A stretch of DNA of 64,000 nucleotides from Bacteroidota bacterium (GTDB lineage Bacteria; Bacteroidota; Rhodothermia; Rhodothermales; JBCDJV01), in NCBI GenBank assembly GCA_038747425.1, contig JBCDJV010000007.1, forward strand, positions 9,164 through 73,163. Reading direction: 5' to 3'. Both the position numbers and the translations under genes were made by a program. Each line of letters begins with the position of its first letter. The stretch's first letter is position 1. Below are positions 16,855-25,809 of this stretch, piece by piece. The notes beneath the pieces were generated by a model that ran no database searches, had not been told where the DNA came from, and saw only the letters and a list, made by a program, of their open reading frames with translations.

Positions 16855-17222
16855 CCTCGACGAACCCGCCCTCCGCAGCCTCGCCCAAGATCCTCAGCGA
16901 GCAGGCCGACCTCCAGGCCTTCGTGGCCGAACTGGACCCGGTGCGCCAGGGGATCCTGCCCCCGCGCGTGGCCCTGGACCCCGACTCCGCCGATCAGGGG
17001 TTGGCCAAGCTCGTCCTCACCCTGATCGAACTGCTGCGCCAGCTGATGGAGCGTCAAGCGGTGCGCCGCATGGATGCGGGCAGCCTGACCGATGACGAAG
17101 TGGAGCGCCTGGGGCTCACCCTCATGAAGCTGGAAGGCCGGATTAAAGAGCTGCAGGCCCTTTTTGGTCTGGAAGAGGAAGAACTGAACCTGAGCCTGGG
17201 CCCCCTCGGCCGCTTGCTCTGA
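16851..17222 (+). CDS. gvpK: gas vesicle protein GvpK
   Basis: The start overlaps the preceding stop (ATGA at 16851-16854). LAKLVLTLIELLRQLMERQAVRRMDAGSLTDDEVERLGLTLMKLEGRIKEL is the conserved GvpK core. Confidence 0.9.
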   Translation: MTSTNPPSAASPKILSEQADLQAFVAELDPVRQGILPPRVALDPDSADQGLAKLVLTLIELLRQLMERQAVRRMDAGSLTDDEVERLGLTLMKLEGRIKELQALFGLEEEELNLSLGPLGRLL

Positions 17223-17345
17223 AACAATGCCCCCGGTACGGACACCCACATTCATGAAGAGGCGGTGGGGCCCTGCGGCAGCTCGCAACCAACCGAGGGC
17301 TCCATCGTTACAAGTTTCCCGATCGATACACGGACTTGTTGGCGC

Positions 17346-19733
17346 ATGGACATGGCTACGACGTTCCCGTTCACCCATCGACTGAGCCTGACGCCACTAG
17401 CGGCGTTCTGGCGCAGCAAGGCGGCCGACAAGGCCGATCCGCTCCACCAGTTTGCCCGCCAGATCGCCCGTGACCTGGACCGGGCCCCCGTCTTGGAGGG
17501 CCCCCTCGACGAGGTGTCGGTCCTCGATCCGCACTGGCCGCTCCTGGAGCGCATGATGATGGCCATCACCCCGCCCTCCTCCAAAGAGATCGCGGCGGTG
17601 GCCGTGAGCCAGCCCTTCTCGATGCGGCCGTTCTACACGACGCCGGCCTTCGACCGGCTGGGCATGAACCACACGTCTGAGGACGAGGTCGCCGCCGCGC
17701 TCAGCATGAGCACGGAGGCCCTGATGAGCCTGAAGGCCCTGCAAGCCTACTTCTGGGTACTCATCGAATGCTACGGCCTCGACCTGGACTTCGACCAGCA
17801 GTTCCCGCTCGTCTTGCCCATCACCGACGAAGAGACGGGCCTGCCGCGCTACTACAAGATCCGCATCAACCCCAGCTTCTGCGCCCTGCGCCACGAGGGC
17901 GACCTTCCGCCGCTCTCCCCAGCCGATCTGAACCGGCTCCTCGAAGAGCCCACCAACCTCGACGTTTGGAAAACGCTCCTGCCCCCAGACCAGTTTGTCT
18001 TCGAGGGCATCGTCATCTACGAGGGCATCGACATCACGGAGCAGCACCTGCTGTCCAAGCTCAAGGACGACCTGCTGAAGAAGGGGTCGATGACCACGCC
18101 TGGGCAGGTGAGCCATCTGCAGGAGCGCCTCCGCTCGCTGCTCCGCAAGCCGGACCTGGAGCTCGGCTTCATGGCCCTCACCTTTGGCGACCTGGAGATG
18201 GTGAGCGGAGCCACACCCATCGGGCGCAGCCTGCTGCTAGCCGATGGGCAGATGCCTGCCTGCCCGCTTCGCCATCAGTCCACGTATGCCAAAGCCCTCA
18301 AGGAAAGCAGAACGCAGCTCTTCCACGACCTGCAGACCTACGAGACCCAGAGTGGATTTGAGACCCTCTTGATGGAGCAGGGCTTCCGCAACCTGCTCCT
18401 GGCCCCCCTCTTCGATGGCGAACAGGTGATCGGCTTCCTGGAGCTGGCCTCGCCGAACCGGGGCGATATCAACGCCTTCAACGCGCGGCTGCTGGACGAT
18501 GTAGCGTCCGTCTTTGCCACGGCCATGTCACGGACGTTGGAGGACCGAGAAGACCGGGTGCAGGCCATCATCAAGGAAGAATACACGGCGCTCCACCCGG
18601 TGGTGGAGTGGCGCTTCCGCGAGGCCGCCCTGGCCCGTCTGGAGCGCATGGAGCGCGGCCACCGGGGCGAAGCCGAGTCCATCGTCTTCGAAGGGGTGCA
18701 CCCCCTCTACGGGCTGGCCGACATCCGTGGCTCCTCCACACGGCGCAATGCGGCCATTCAGGCGGACCTGGTGGAACAGGTGGGCTTGGCGCTCCTCGTC
18801 ATCGTGGAGGCCAGCACCCATCGCCACCTCCCCATCTTGGACGCGCTGGGCTACCGCCTGGGCCAGTACATCAGCGACATCGGGACCGGCCTCAGCTCCG
18901 GCGATGACCAGAGCGCGCTCGCCGTGCTGCGTCAAGAGCTGGAGCCGCTGTTCGACCACCTGGCCACCTTCGACCCCAGCGTCGAAGCTCGCATCCGGGC
19001 CTACAAAGACGCGCTGGACCCGGAGCTGGGGGTGGTCTACCGCCAGCGTAAGGCCTTCGAGGACAGCGTCATGCTGATCAACGACACGATCGGGCAGTTT
19101 ATCGATCAGCAGGAGGCCACCGCCCAGGGCATGTTCCCCCACTACTACGAGCGGTACAAGACCGACGGGGTGGACTACAACATCTACATTGGGCAGTCGC
19201 TCCTGCAACGGGGAGACTTTGACCCGATCTACTTGCGTAATCTGCGCCTCTGGCAGCTGATGATGACGTGCGGCGTGGCCTGGGAGATGGAGACGCTCAA
19301 GCCCTCCCTCCCCATGGAGCTGGACGTGGCGCACCTCATCCTCGTGCAGGACATCCCGCTCTCCATCCGCTTCCGCATGGACGAGAAGCAGTTCGATGTG
19401 GATGGCGCCTACAACATCCGCTACGAGATCGTCAAGAAGCGTATCGACAAGGCGCGCATCAAGGGCACCGGAGAGCGGCTCACGCAGCCTGGCTACCTGG
19501 CCATCGTGTATTCTCAGCCCGAGGAAGCCCGCGAGTATCTTCAGTACCTGGACTACCTGTCGGCCGCCAGCTACACGGAAGGCGAGATCGAGCACCTGGT
19601 CCTCGAAGACCTGCAGGGGGTGCAGGGCCTCCGCGCCCTCCGCGTCGCGATCGCGTCCACGAGCCCCGACGACTACTCGTCAATCGGCGCCGACCGGACG
19701 ATGCACATCGTGCAAACGCTGACAAACGCGTGA
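17346..19733 (+). CDS. large GAF-domain-containing protein (about 795 aa), last gene of the plus-strand gvp block; candidate sensor/regulator
   Basis: ATG at 17346 within track ORF 17265..19733. The central segment GFRNLLLAPLFDGEQVIGFLELASPNRGDINAFNARLLDDVASVFATAMSRT is GAF-like. I do not recognise the flanking N- and C-terminal regions. Confidence 0.75.
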   Translation: MDMATTFPFTHRLSLTPLAAFWRSKAADKADPLHQFARQIARDLDRAPVLEGPLDEVSVLDPHWPLLERMMMAITPPSSKEIAAVAVSQPFSMRPFYTTPAFDRLGMNHTSEDEVAAALSMSTEALMSLKALQAYFWVLIECYGLDLDFDQQFPLVLPITDEETGLPRYYKIRINPSFCALRHEGDLPPLSPADLNRLLEEPTNLDVWKTLLPPDQFVFEGIVIYEGIDITEQHLLSKLKDDLLKKGSMTTPGQVSHLQERLRSLLRKPDLELGFMALTFGDLEMVSGATPIGRSLLLADGQMPACPLRHQSTYAKALKESRTQLFHDLQTYETQSGFETLLMEQGFRNLLLAPLFDGEQVIGFLELASPNRGDINAFNARLLDDVASVFATAMSRTLEDREDRVQAIIKEEYTALHPVVEWRFREAALARLERMERGHRGEAESIVFEGVHPLYGLADIRGSSTRRNAAIQADLVEQVGLALLVIVEASTHRHLPILDALGYRLGQYISDIGTGLSSGDDQSALAVLRQELEPLFDHLATFDPSVEARIRAYKDALDPELGVVYRQRKAFEDSVMLINDTIGQFIDQQEATAQGMFPHYYERYKTDGVDYNIYIGQSLLQRGDFDPIYLRNLRLWQLMMTCGVAWEMETLKPSLPMELDVAHLILVQDIPLSIRFRMDEKQFDVDGAYNIRYEIVKKRIDKARIKGTGERLTQPGYLAIVYSQPEEAREYLQYLDYLSAASYTEGEIEHLVLEDLQGVQGLRALRVAIASTSPDDYSSIGADRTMHIVQTLTNA

Positions 19734-19785
19734 GTGCAGGCCGCGGCCTGGATGAGGGCGGAGACCTGAGTCCCCCGTTCTCGCT

Positions 19786-20607
19786 CTACAGCTCGATCGC
19801 CAAGCCTTCGTAGGCGGCTGTGCACGCGATGCCGTGGGGCGCCAGGTAGGCCCGCACCTCGGCCTGCAGGGCGTCTAGCTCGTCGTCGGTGCGCTCCGGG
19901 GCGTGATGGATGAGGACCAGGTGCTTGGCCTGAGCGGCCCTGGCCAGGTCAGCGGCCCGGCGGATGCGCGTGTGTCCCCAGCCGGCCTTGCCGGGCAAGT
20001 CCGACGCCACCAGGTGGGCATCGTGGGTGAGCACGTCGGCCCCTTGGCAAAAGGCCACGAAGGTCTCAAACGGGGCGCCGTCTGCGGCATCCAGTTCGTT
20101 GTCTGTGAGGTGAACCCACGTCTTCTCTGCGCAGGTGATCCGGTACCCGTAGGCGCCGCCAGGGTGATTGAGCGGCATCGTGCGCACGTGGAACCCACGC
20201 GGTGCCAGAAAGGCGGGCCCGTCCGCCACGCGATGGCAGGTGGCGGCCACCATGGACGGCGTCATGGGGTAGAGCACGCCATCTAGGAGATCGAGCGGAG
20301 ACCACACCTCGCCTTCGTGGGTGTAGTCCACGAGGTGGAGCGTGCGGCCGGGTTGCCAGAGCGGCCAGAAGAACGGAAAGCTGCTCACATGGTCCAGGTG
20401 CCGATGGCTGAACATGAGCACAAGGTCCAGGCCCCGCGGGGCCTCACGGAGCGCCTGCCCGAGGCGAAAGAGGCCAGTCCCCGCATCCAGGATCAACAGC
20501 GTTCCTTCGTGCTCCACGGTCACGCAGGTGGTGTTCCCCCCGTACCGAACCGTCTGTGGTCCTGGCGACGGGATAGAGCCTCGAACCCCCCAGAAACGAA
20601 TGGTCAT
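19786..20607 (-). CDS. MBL-fold metallo-hydrolase (PhnP/class-II phosphodiesterase-like)
   Basis: MTIRFWGVRGSIPSPG...TCVTVEHEGTLLILDAGTG...SHRHLDHV is the HxHxDH metal motif of the metallo-beta-lactamase fold. The ATG is at 20607. Confidence 0.8.
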   Translation of the reverse strand: MTIRFWGVRGSIPSPGPQTVRYGGNTTCVTVEHEGTLLILDAGTGLFRLGQALREAPRGLDLVLMFSHRHLDHVSSFPFFWPLWQPGRTLHLVDYTHEGEVWSPLDLLDGVLYPMTPSMVAATCHRVADGPAFLAPRGFHVRTMPLNHPGGAYGYRITCAEKTWVHLTDNELDAADGAPFETFVAFCQGADVLTHDAHLVASDLPGKAGWGHTRIRRAADLARAAQAKHLVLIHHAPERTDDELDALQAEVRAYLAPHGIACTAAYEGLAIEL

Positions 20608-20662
20608 GATCCCAGCAGGCGGACCCGCAGACAAACGGAGAGGTGAACGGTGCCGCGCCAGC

Positions 20663-21376
20663 TCATGTGTTCAACTGGTACTGGACCACCGCCAGGATCA
20701 GAAACGTGGCCACGCTCAGCGTCAGCCCCCACATAAAGATGGTGTACGACACCCGGAGCAGCTTGAACTTCAGCTTCAGCACACGCCCCAGGCCATAGAT
20801 ATCGCGCGACATGTTGTGGTAGATGCGCTCCGGCTCCAGCATCAGCTCCGTCATCCCCTCCACGTAGTCGGCCTCGGTCATGTTCGTGAAGTTGCCGAAG
20901 AAGAGGATGTTGGCGCGGTTGCCGCGCACGTCGTCCAGCGTGACGATCCGGCTGAGCACGCGGGGCCGCGCGCAGAGCACGGCGAAGATCATCGAGCACA
21001 GGCCGGTGAGCAGCAGCATGGTGGCCGGGATCAGCAGCCAGACGTCGCTGACGATGCGCGGGGCCACGGAGGCGATCACCACCGTGAGGATGATGCCGTT
21101 GATGCTGATCATGATGTTGGCCTTGTTGTCCGCCAGGCCACTCAGATCAATGTGCGTGCGGTACGACGTCCGGTACATCGTCTCGATACCGCGCGAAGAG
21201 CCAATGCTCCCCGCTTTATCCTTCCCCTTTTTCTTTTTCTTCGCTTTCTTCTTACCCGTCGCCTTGGCCTTCGTCGGCGCCTGGAGGGGCACGGCCTCCA
21301 CCGGATTCGCCGCAGGCCCCTCGCTCGGCGCGGGGGGCGTCGGGGCTTCTTCAGACGCTGACGCTTTACTGACCAT
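20663..21376 (-). CDS. membrane protein resembling the PycTM/DUF5706 (Pycsar effector-type) transmembrane domain, with a Lys-rich N-terminal tail
   Basis: LSGLADNKANIMISINGIILTVVIASV is followed by two more TM helices and NILFFGNF...MTEADY...SRDIYGLGRVLKLKFKLLR...TM. This resembles my recollection of DUF5706; it is not verified by an HMM. Confidence 0.5.
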   Translation of the reverse strand: MVSKASASEEAPTPPAPSEGPAANPVEAVPLQAPTKAKATGKKKAKKKKKGKDKAGSIGSSRGIETMYRTSYRTHIDLSGLADNKANIMISINGIILTVVIASVAPRIVSDVWLLIPATMLLLTGLCSMIFAVLCARPRVLSRIVTLDDVRGNRANILFFGNFTNMTEADYVEGMTELMLEPERIYHNMSRDIYGLGRVLKLKFKLLRVSYTIFMWGLTLSVATFLILAVVQYQLNT

Positions 21377-21384
21377 ATTCCTGC

Positions 21385-22344
21385 GTGTCTCTACGCTTTC
21401 GTACCCCCCTTCCGAGTGTCCACGGCGACGTGCCGAGGCCCCCGCTCAGCCTGGCGGACTGGTTCCGGCTTGGTGGCCTTGTGCTGGTCCTGCATCTGCT
21501 GTGCCCGGGGCTTGAGCACGCCGTCTGGGCCCAGGCGGCGGACGTGCCAACTTACGAACTGGATCGGCCGGACGCTACGGTGTCCCTGCCCAACACGCTC
21601 CGCGAGGCCTCCGGCCTGATCGTCCTCACTGACGACCTGGTGGGAACTATCGAAGATGAACGCGGCCTCTTGTACCTGGTGGAGACGGCCACGGGTCGCA
21701 TCGGGAGCGCCAAGCGCTTTGGCCCAGACGGGGACTACGAAGGCCTCACACACGTCGGGCCGCGCGTCTTCGTCTTGCGGAGCGACGGCACCCTGTTCGA
21801 CATAGCCGACTGGCGGGCCGACTCGCTGGTGGTCCGCATCCACGCCTCGCCCCTGAGCCGCCGCCACGACACCGAGGGGGTGGCCTATGACCCCGACACG
21901 CACCAGCTGCTGGTGGCGTGCAAGGAATACGCTGGGCCCGGCCGGGCCCGCCAGAAGGCGATCTTCGCCTTCGACCTCGCGACCGAGACCTGGCGCCCCG
22001 ACCCGGTGGCCACCGTCTCGCTGTCGGCCTTCAACCGCCTCGCCGAAGACTCGCAGCTGGACCGCATGCTGCGCCGGTTCCTGACGCCCTTCCTCGACGT
22101 CAGCGGCTTCAAGCCCTCCGGCTTGGCGCTCCACCCCACCACGGGGCATCGGTACGTGCTGTCGTCCGGGCGGTCGTCGCTCGTCATCCTCGCCCCGGAC
22201 GGGACCCTGCTGGACGTGCAGGCCCTCCCGCAAGATCTCCTCCCCCAACCCGAGGGCATCGCCTTTACCCCCGATGGCGATCTTCTGATCGCCACGGAAG
22301 GGGTGCTGGCCCAGAGCCACCTGCTTCGCTTCGGCGCACGGTGA
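21385..22344 (+). CDS. secreted beta-propeller-like protein (SdiA-regulated/YjiK-like family)
   Basis: It has a signal-like N-terminus and recurring xEG[LIV] blades: EASGLIVL, DYEGLTHV, DTEGVAYDP, KPSGLALHP, QPEGIAFTPDGDLLIATEG. The start is a GTG. Confidence 0.5.
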   Translation: MSLRFRTPLPSVHGDVPRPPLSLADWFRLGGLVLVLHLLCPGLEHAVWAQAADVPTYELDRPDATVSLPNTLREASGLIVLTDDLVGTIEDERGLLYLVETATGRIGSAKRFGPDGDYEGLTHVGPRVFVLRSDGTLFDIADWRADSLVVRIHASPLSRRHDTEGVAYDPDTHQLLVACKEYAGPGRARQKAIFAFDLATETWRPDPVATVSLSAFNRLAEDSQLDRMLRRFLTPFLDVSGFKPSGLALHPTTGHRYVLSSGRSSLVILAPDGTLLDVQALPQDLLPQPEGIAFTPDGDLLIATEGVLAQSHLLRFGAR

Positions 22345-22509
22345 GGGCAACGTGAGCCCGTGCACCTCATCATCGGTCCCTTCAAGGGCTTGGGGCACCT
22401 CGGTGGCACGTTTGACGGCCCAGCGGACCTGACCACCCAGCTCAAGGCTAGGCAAGGTCTGGAAGGGTGGGTGTGCGGAAGTCGGCAGCTTGGGAGGCTC
22501 CTGTGTGTC

Positions 22510-24615
22510 TCACCCGCTCACCCGCTCGGCTAGCCACGCGTAGTGGGCCTGCTGAGCATCCAGGACCGGTGCCTGTGGGGGGCGGTGGTAGGCGTTGCGA
22601 AGGTCAGCGTCGAGGACCCGGGCCTTGACGGTGTCGTGCCACTGGAGGTCCAGGACGTGGGTCAGCTCCTGGTGCACAGCGGGGTCGTAGATGGGGAAGG
22701 CCACCTCCACGCGGCGGTCCATGTTGCGCGTCATCCAGTCTGCCGAGGCCAGGTACAGGCGCTCCGCCCCGCTGTGGTGGAACCAGTAGAGGCGAGCATG
22801 CTCCAGGAACCGCCCCACCAGGCTGCGCACCTCGATCCCTGTGCTGATTCCCTCCACCCCCGGCACCAGGCGGCAGATGCCGCGCACGAGGAGCCGGATG
22901 GGCACACCGGCCTGGCTGGCCCGGTAGAGGTGCTCGATCAAAGTGGGATCCTCCAAGTTGTTCACCTTGAGGGTGAGGCCGGCCGGGCGCCCCGCCTGAG
23001 CCTCGGCGATCTCATGGTCCAGCAGCGCCGCTACACGGGGCCGTAAGGCGTGCGGCGCCACCAGCAGGTGCGTGAACGAGGGGCCCTGCTGGGCGGCCTC
23101 GGTTGAGCCGGGAGCGACCGAGCGGCCGGTCCGCTTCCGCAGCGTCTCCAGGAGTTCAAAGACGCGGCCCACCTCCTCGGCCAATCGAGGGTCGGCGGTG
23201 AGCAGGCCAAAGTCGGTGTAGATGCGGGCCGTCTTCTCGTTGAAGTTGCCCGTGCCGAGGTAGGCGTAATGGCGGAGCATGCCGTCCTCGCGGCGCGTCA
23301 CGTGAGCCAGTTTGGTGTGCACCTTCAGGTGGGGCAGGCTGTAGAGCACGCGGACCCCAGCGTGCGTCATCTGCTCCGCCCAGTACAGGTTGCCGGCTTC
23401 GTCGAACCGAGCCTTGACCTCCACGAACGCCGTCACGGTCTTGCCCTGCCGGGCGGCCTCCATGAGCGCCCGCGTCACCCCGGAGTCCTTGGCCACCCGG
23501 TAGAGGGTCACGAAGATGGACTCTACCGCCGGGTCCGCCGCCGCCTCGTCGAAAAAGCGCAGCACCTCGTCGTAGCGCTGGTAGGGCAGGTGGAGCAGCT
23601 GATCCTGATCGCGGATGGCGTCGAAGAGCACCTCGGCCGACGCCAGAGCCGGGTGTGGCGTCGGCGGCAGGGGCGGGAAGCGGAGGCCAGGGGCGTCCAG
23701 TGCGGGAAAGCTGAACAGGTCCCGGAAGTTGTGGTAGCGTCCGCCCATCACCAGATCTTCGTGCTCCAGGTCGAAGCAGCGCTTGACGTGGTCCACGAGC
23801 AGGTAGGGCGTACGCTGGTCGTAGAGCAGCCGCGACGGTACGCCGGTGGATCGCTTGGCCAGGCTGGCGCGCACCTTGTCCACGAGGTCTCCCTGAAACT
23901 CGTCGTCCAGGTAGAGATCCGCATCGCGGGAGAGCTTGAAGGCATAGGCGGGCCCCAGATCTTCGCCGGGGAACACCCGCCCGAGGTTGTAGCGGATGAG
24001 GTCGTCCAGCGGGATGACCGCCTGCCGTCCCTCGGTGGCCGGGAGGGGCACGAAGCGCGGGCTCTGCTCGGTGGGCACGCGCAGCAGGGTGATGGCCGAA
24101 GCATCGGCCCCGAAGTCGACATCGCCAGCCCCTAGGCGTTCCAGCACCAGGTAGAGGGCGTGGTTGACCAGAAAGGGCGGCTCGGCGCCGGGCAGCAAGT
24201 CGCACGGCTCCAGGTGGGCGCGCACGTGCTCGTCGAAGTACCGCTCCAGGAACGGGCCATGGGCGGGCGCGACGGTCTGCTCGTTCACAAGCACCACGCC
24301 AGCCTCGGCCAGCGCAGGGAGCAGTTCCTCGCGAAACACCCGCCCGAAGCGCTCTTGCTGCTGGTCCACCGTGCGATGGATCTGCTTGAGCAGCTTGCCG
24401 GGGCGAACGCCCCGCTTCTTTCGCTTCTTGAGCCGCTTCAGGTGGCGCAGCCACGCCACGCGCACGCGGAAGAACTCGTCCAGATTCGACGAGAAGATAG
24501 CCAGGAAGGTGAGCCGCTCCAGCAGCGGCACGGCCGGGTCTTCGGCCTCTTGCAAGACGCGGGCGTTGAAGGAGAGCCAGCTGAGGTCACGGTCGAAGAA
24601 CGGTAGGGTAGCCAT
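22510..24615 (-). CDS. ppk: polyphosphate kinase 1
   Basis: FFDRDLSWLSFNARVLQEAEDPAVPLLERLTFLAIFSSNLDEFFRVRV and the C-terminal PLD-like HTKLAHV and GSADWMTRNMDRRVEV are present. The likely start is the ATG at 24615. Confidence 0.93.
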   Translation of the reverse strand: MATLPFFDRDLSWLSFNARVLQEAEDPAVPLLERLTFLAIFSSNLDEFFRVRVAWLRHLKRLKKRKKRGVRPGKLLKQIHRTVDQQQERFGRVFREELLPALAEAGVVLVNEQTVAPAHGPFLERYFDEHVRAHLEPCDLLPGAEPPFLVNHALYLVLERLGAGDVDFGADASAITLLRVPTEQSPRFVPLPATEGRQAVIPLDDLIRYNLGRVFPGEDLGPAYAFKLSRDADLYLDDEFQGDLVDKVRASLAKRSTGVPSRLLYDQRTPYLLVDHVKRCFDLEHEDLVMGGRYHNFRDLFSFPALDAPGLRFPPLPPTPHPALASAEVLFDAIRDQDQLLHLPYQRYDEVLRFFDEAAADPAVESIFVTLYRVAKDSGVTRALMEAARQGKTVTAFVEVKARFDEAGNLYWAEQMTHAGVRVLYSLPHLKVHTKLAHVTRREDGMLRHYAYLGTGNFNEKTARIYTDFGLLTADPRLAEEVGRVFELLETLRKRTGRSVAPGSTEAAQQGPSFTHLLVAPHALRPRVAALLDHEIAEAQAGRPAGLTLKVNNLEDPTLIEHLYRASQAGVPIRLLVRGICRLVPGVEGISTGIEVRSLVGRFLEHARLYWFHHSGAERLYLASADWMTRNMDRRVEVAFPIYDPAVHQELTHVLDLQWHDTVKARVLDADLRNAYHRPPQAPVLDAQQAHYAWLAERVSG

Positions 24616-24748
24616 GCGAAGGGGGAAGCGAACGTAGCGAAGCAGTCGGTGTAGTTCGTCATCAGCACCGGTAGGAGTCCAACGCCACACGCTAATGTTG
24701 TGTTAAATCCCGCCCCTCTCCCCCATCACCACGGGTACCCATCCAGGC

Positions 24749-24808
24749 TCGAGGACCCCGTGGGGGCTGAGGCCAGGCCTGGTGGCTCGTACAGATCCCT
24801 CGCCGACG
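24749..24808 (+). repeat. copy A of a ~60-nt dispersed intergenic repeat
   Basis: TCGAGGACCCCG...GGGCTGA...CAGGCC...CTCG.ACAGAT.CCTCG is shared with 44353..44412. Confidence 0.6.
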
Positions 24809-24903
24809 CTCGGGATGATAAGGAGGAACCGTTTCGACCTATCATCCTGACCACCGGTCTTTGGAGATGGGGCGACGATCTACCGCTTTGAGCACCGTGT
24901 CGT

Positions 24904-25809
24904 TCACCGTCCTTCCGGGACGGGCCAGCGCCCACTTACGATCCGGGGGTGCCCGGCCAGGTCCTCGTGGAGCACCACCCCCTGGTAGCCCTCGGCACCC
25001 AGGTGGTCCGCCACGGCCTCCGCGTAGTCCGCATGCCCCTCGAACACGAGCCAGCCGCCCGGCCGGAGGAGGACCTGGGCGTGGGCCGCGATGGCTCGGT
25101 AGAACCGCAGCGGATCATCTCCGCTGAAGAGGGCAAGGGCGGGCTCATGGTCGCGCACCTCCACCTGGAGTGTGTCTCGCTCGGCGTCGGGGATGTAGGG
25201 GGGGTTGGACACTACGAGGTCGAACGGCCCACCGCCTACGCGACCGGGAAAGCCTGGCGCCAGCGCATCCGCTTCCACAAACCGGACCGGCAGGTGATGG
25301 GCAGCGGCGTTGGCCTGGGCGATGGCCAAGGCGTCGGTGCTGACATCGCAGGCCACCACGTGGGCGTCGGGGCGGCGGTGCTGCAGGGCCAGCGCCAAGG
25401 CCCCGCTCCCTGTGCCGATGTCCAGCACCGTCGGCGTGAGGACCGTCTCCAGCACAGCCAGCGCGTGGACGGCCACCTCTTCGGTCTCGGGGCGCGGAAT
25501 GAGCACAGCGGGCGACACCTGGAGGCGTAGCCCCAGGAAGTCGGCGTGGCCCAGCAGGTATTGGAGCGGCTCACCCTGGAGGCGCCGCGTCACCCACGCG
25601 GCCACCTGCCGGGCCACTTCGGCAGGCACCGGGACGTCTGGGTAGGCCACGAGCTGGGCCTGGGTGCAGCCGAGGAGTTCCTCCAGCATCCAGGCCGCGT
25701 GGCGCTGGGGCGCCTCTACGCTGCCGGCGGCCAGGGCCTGGGCCGCAGCGCGGAGCAGCGGGCCGCGGGTGGCGGCTCGGTCGATGGCATCGGTGTTCAC
25801 CGTCCTCAC
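24904..25809 (-). CDS. prmC: peptide chain release factor N5-glutamine methyltransferase PrmC/HemK
   Basis: It has the LDIGTGSGALALAL SAM motif and the VSNPPYI catalytic NPPY motif. The start overlaps the glmS stop. Confidence 0.9.
   Translation of the reverse strand: MRTVNTDAIDRAATRGPLLRAAAQALAAGSVEAPQRHAAWMLEELLGCTQAQLVAYPDVPVPAEVARQVAAWVTRRLQGEPLQYLLGHADFLGLRLQVSPAVLIPRPETEEVAVHALAVLETVLTPTVLDIGTGSGALALALQHRRPDAHVVACDVSTDALAIAQANAAAHHLPVRFVEADALAPGFPGRVGGGPFDLVVSNPPYIPDAERDTLQVEVRDHEPALALFSGDDPLRFYRAIAAHAQVLLRPGGWLVFEGHADYAEAVADHLGAEGYQGVVLHEDLAGHPRIVSGRWPVPEGR

Noticed and set aside
19737-19750. The 14-nt perfect palindrome CAGGCCGCGGCCTG lies between the convergent GAF and MBL genes and could be a bidirectional terminator.
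   Set aside because: It could form only a ~5-bp stem with a tiny loop and has no flanking T/A tracts. That is too weak to call.
19786-21376. I considered a complete Pycsar anti-phage system.
   Set aside because: No pyrimidine cyclase (PycC) gene is adjacent. Only an effector-like TM protein is present, so I report it as a speculative orphan and not as a defence system.
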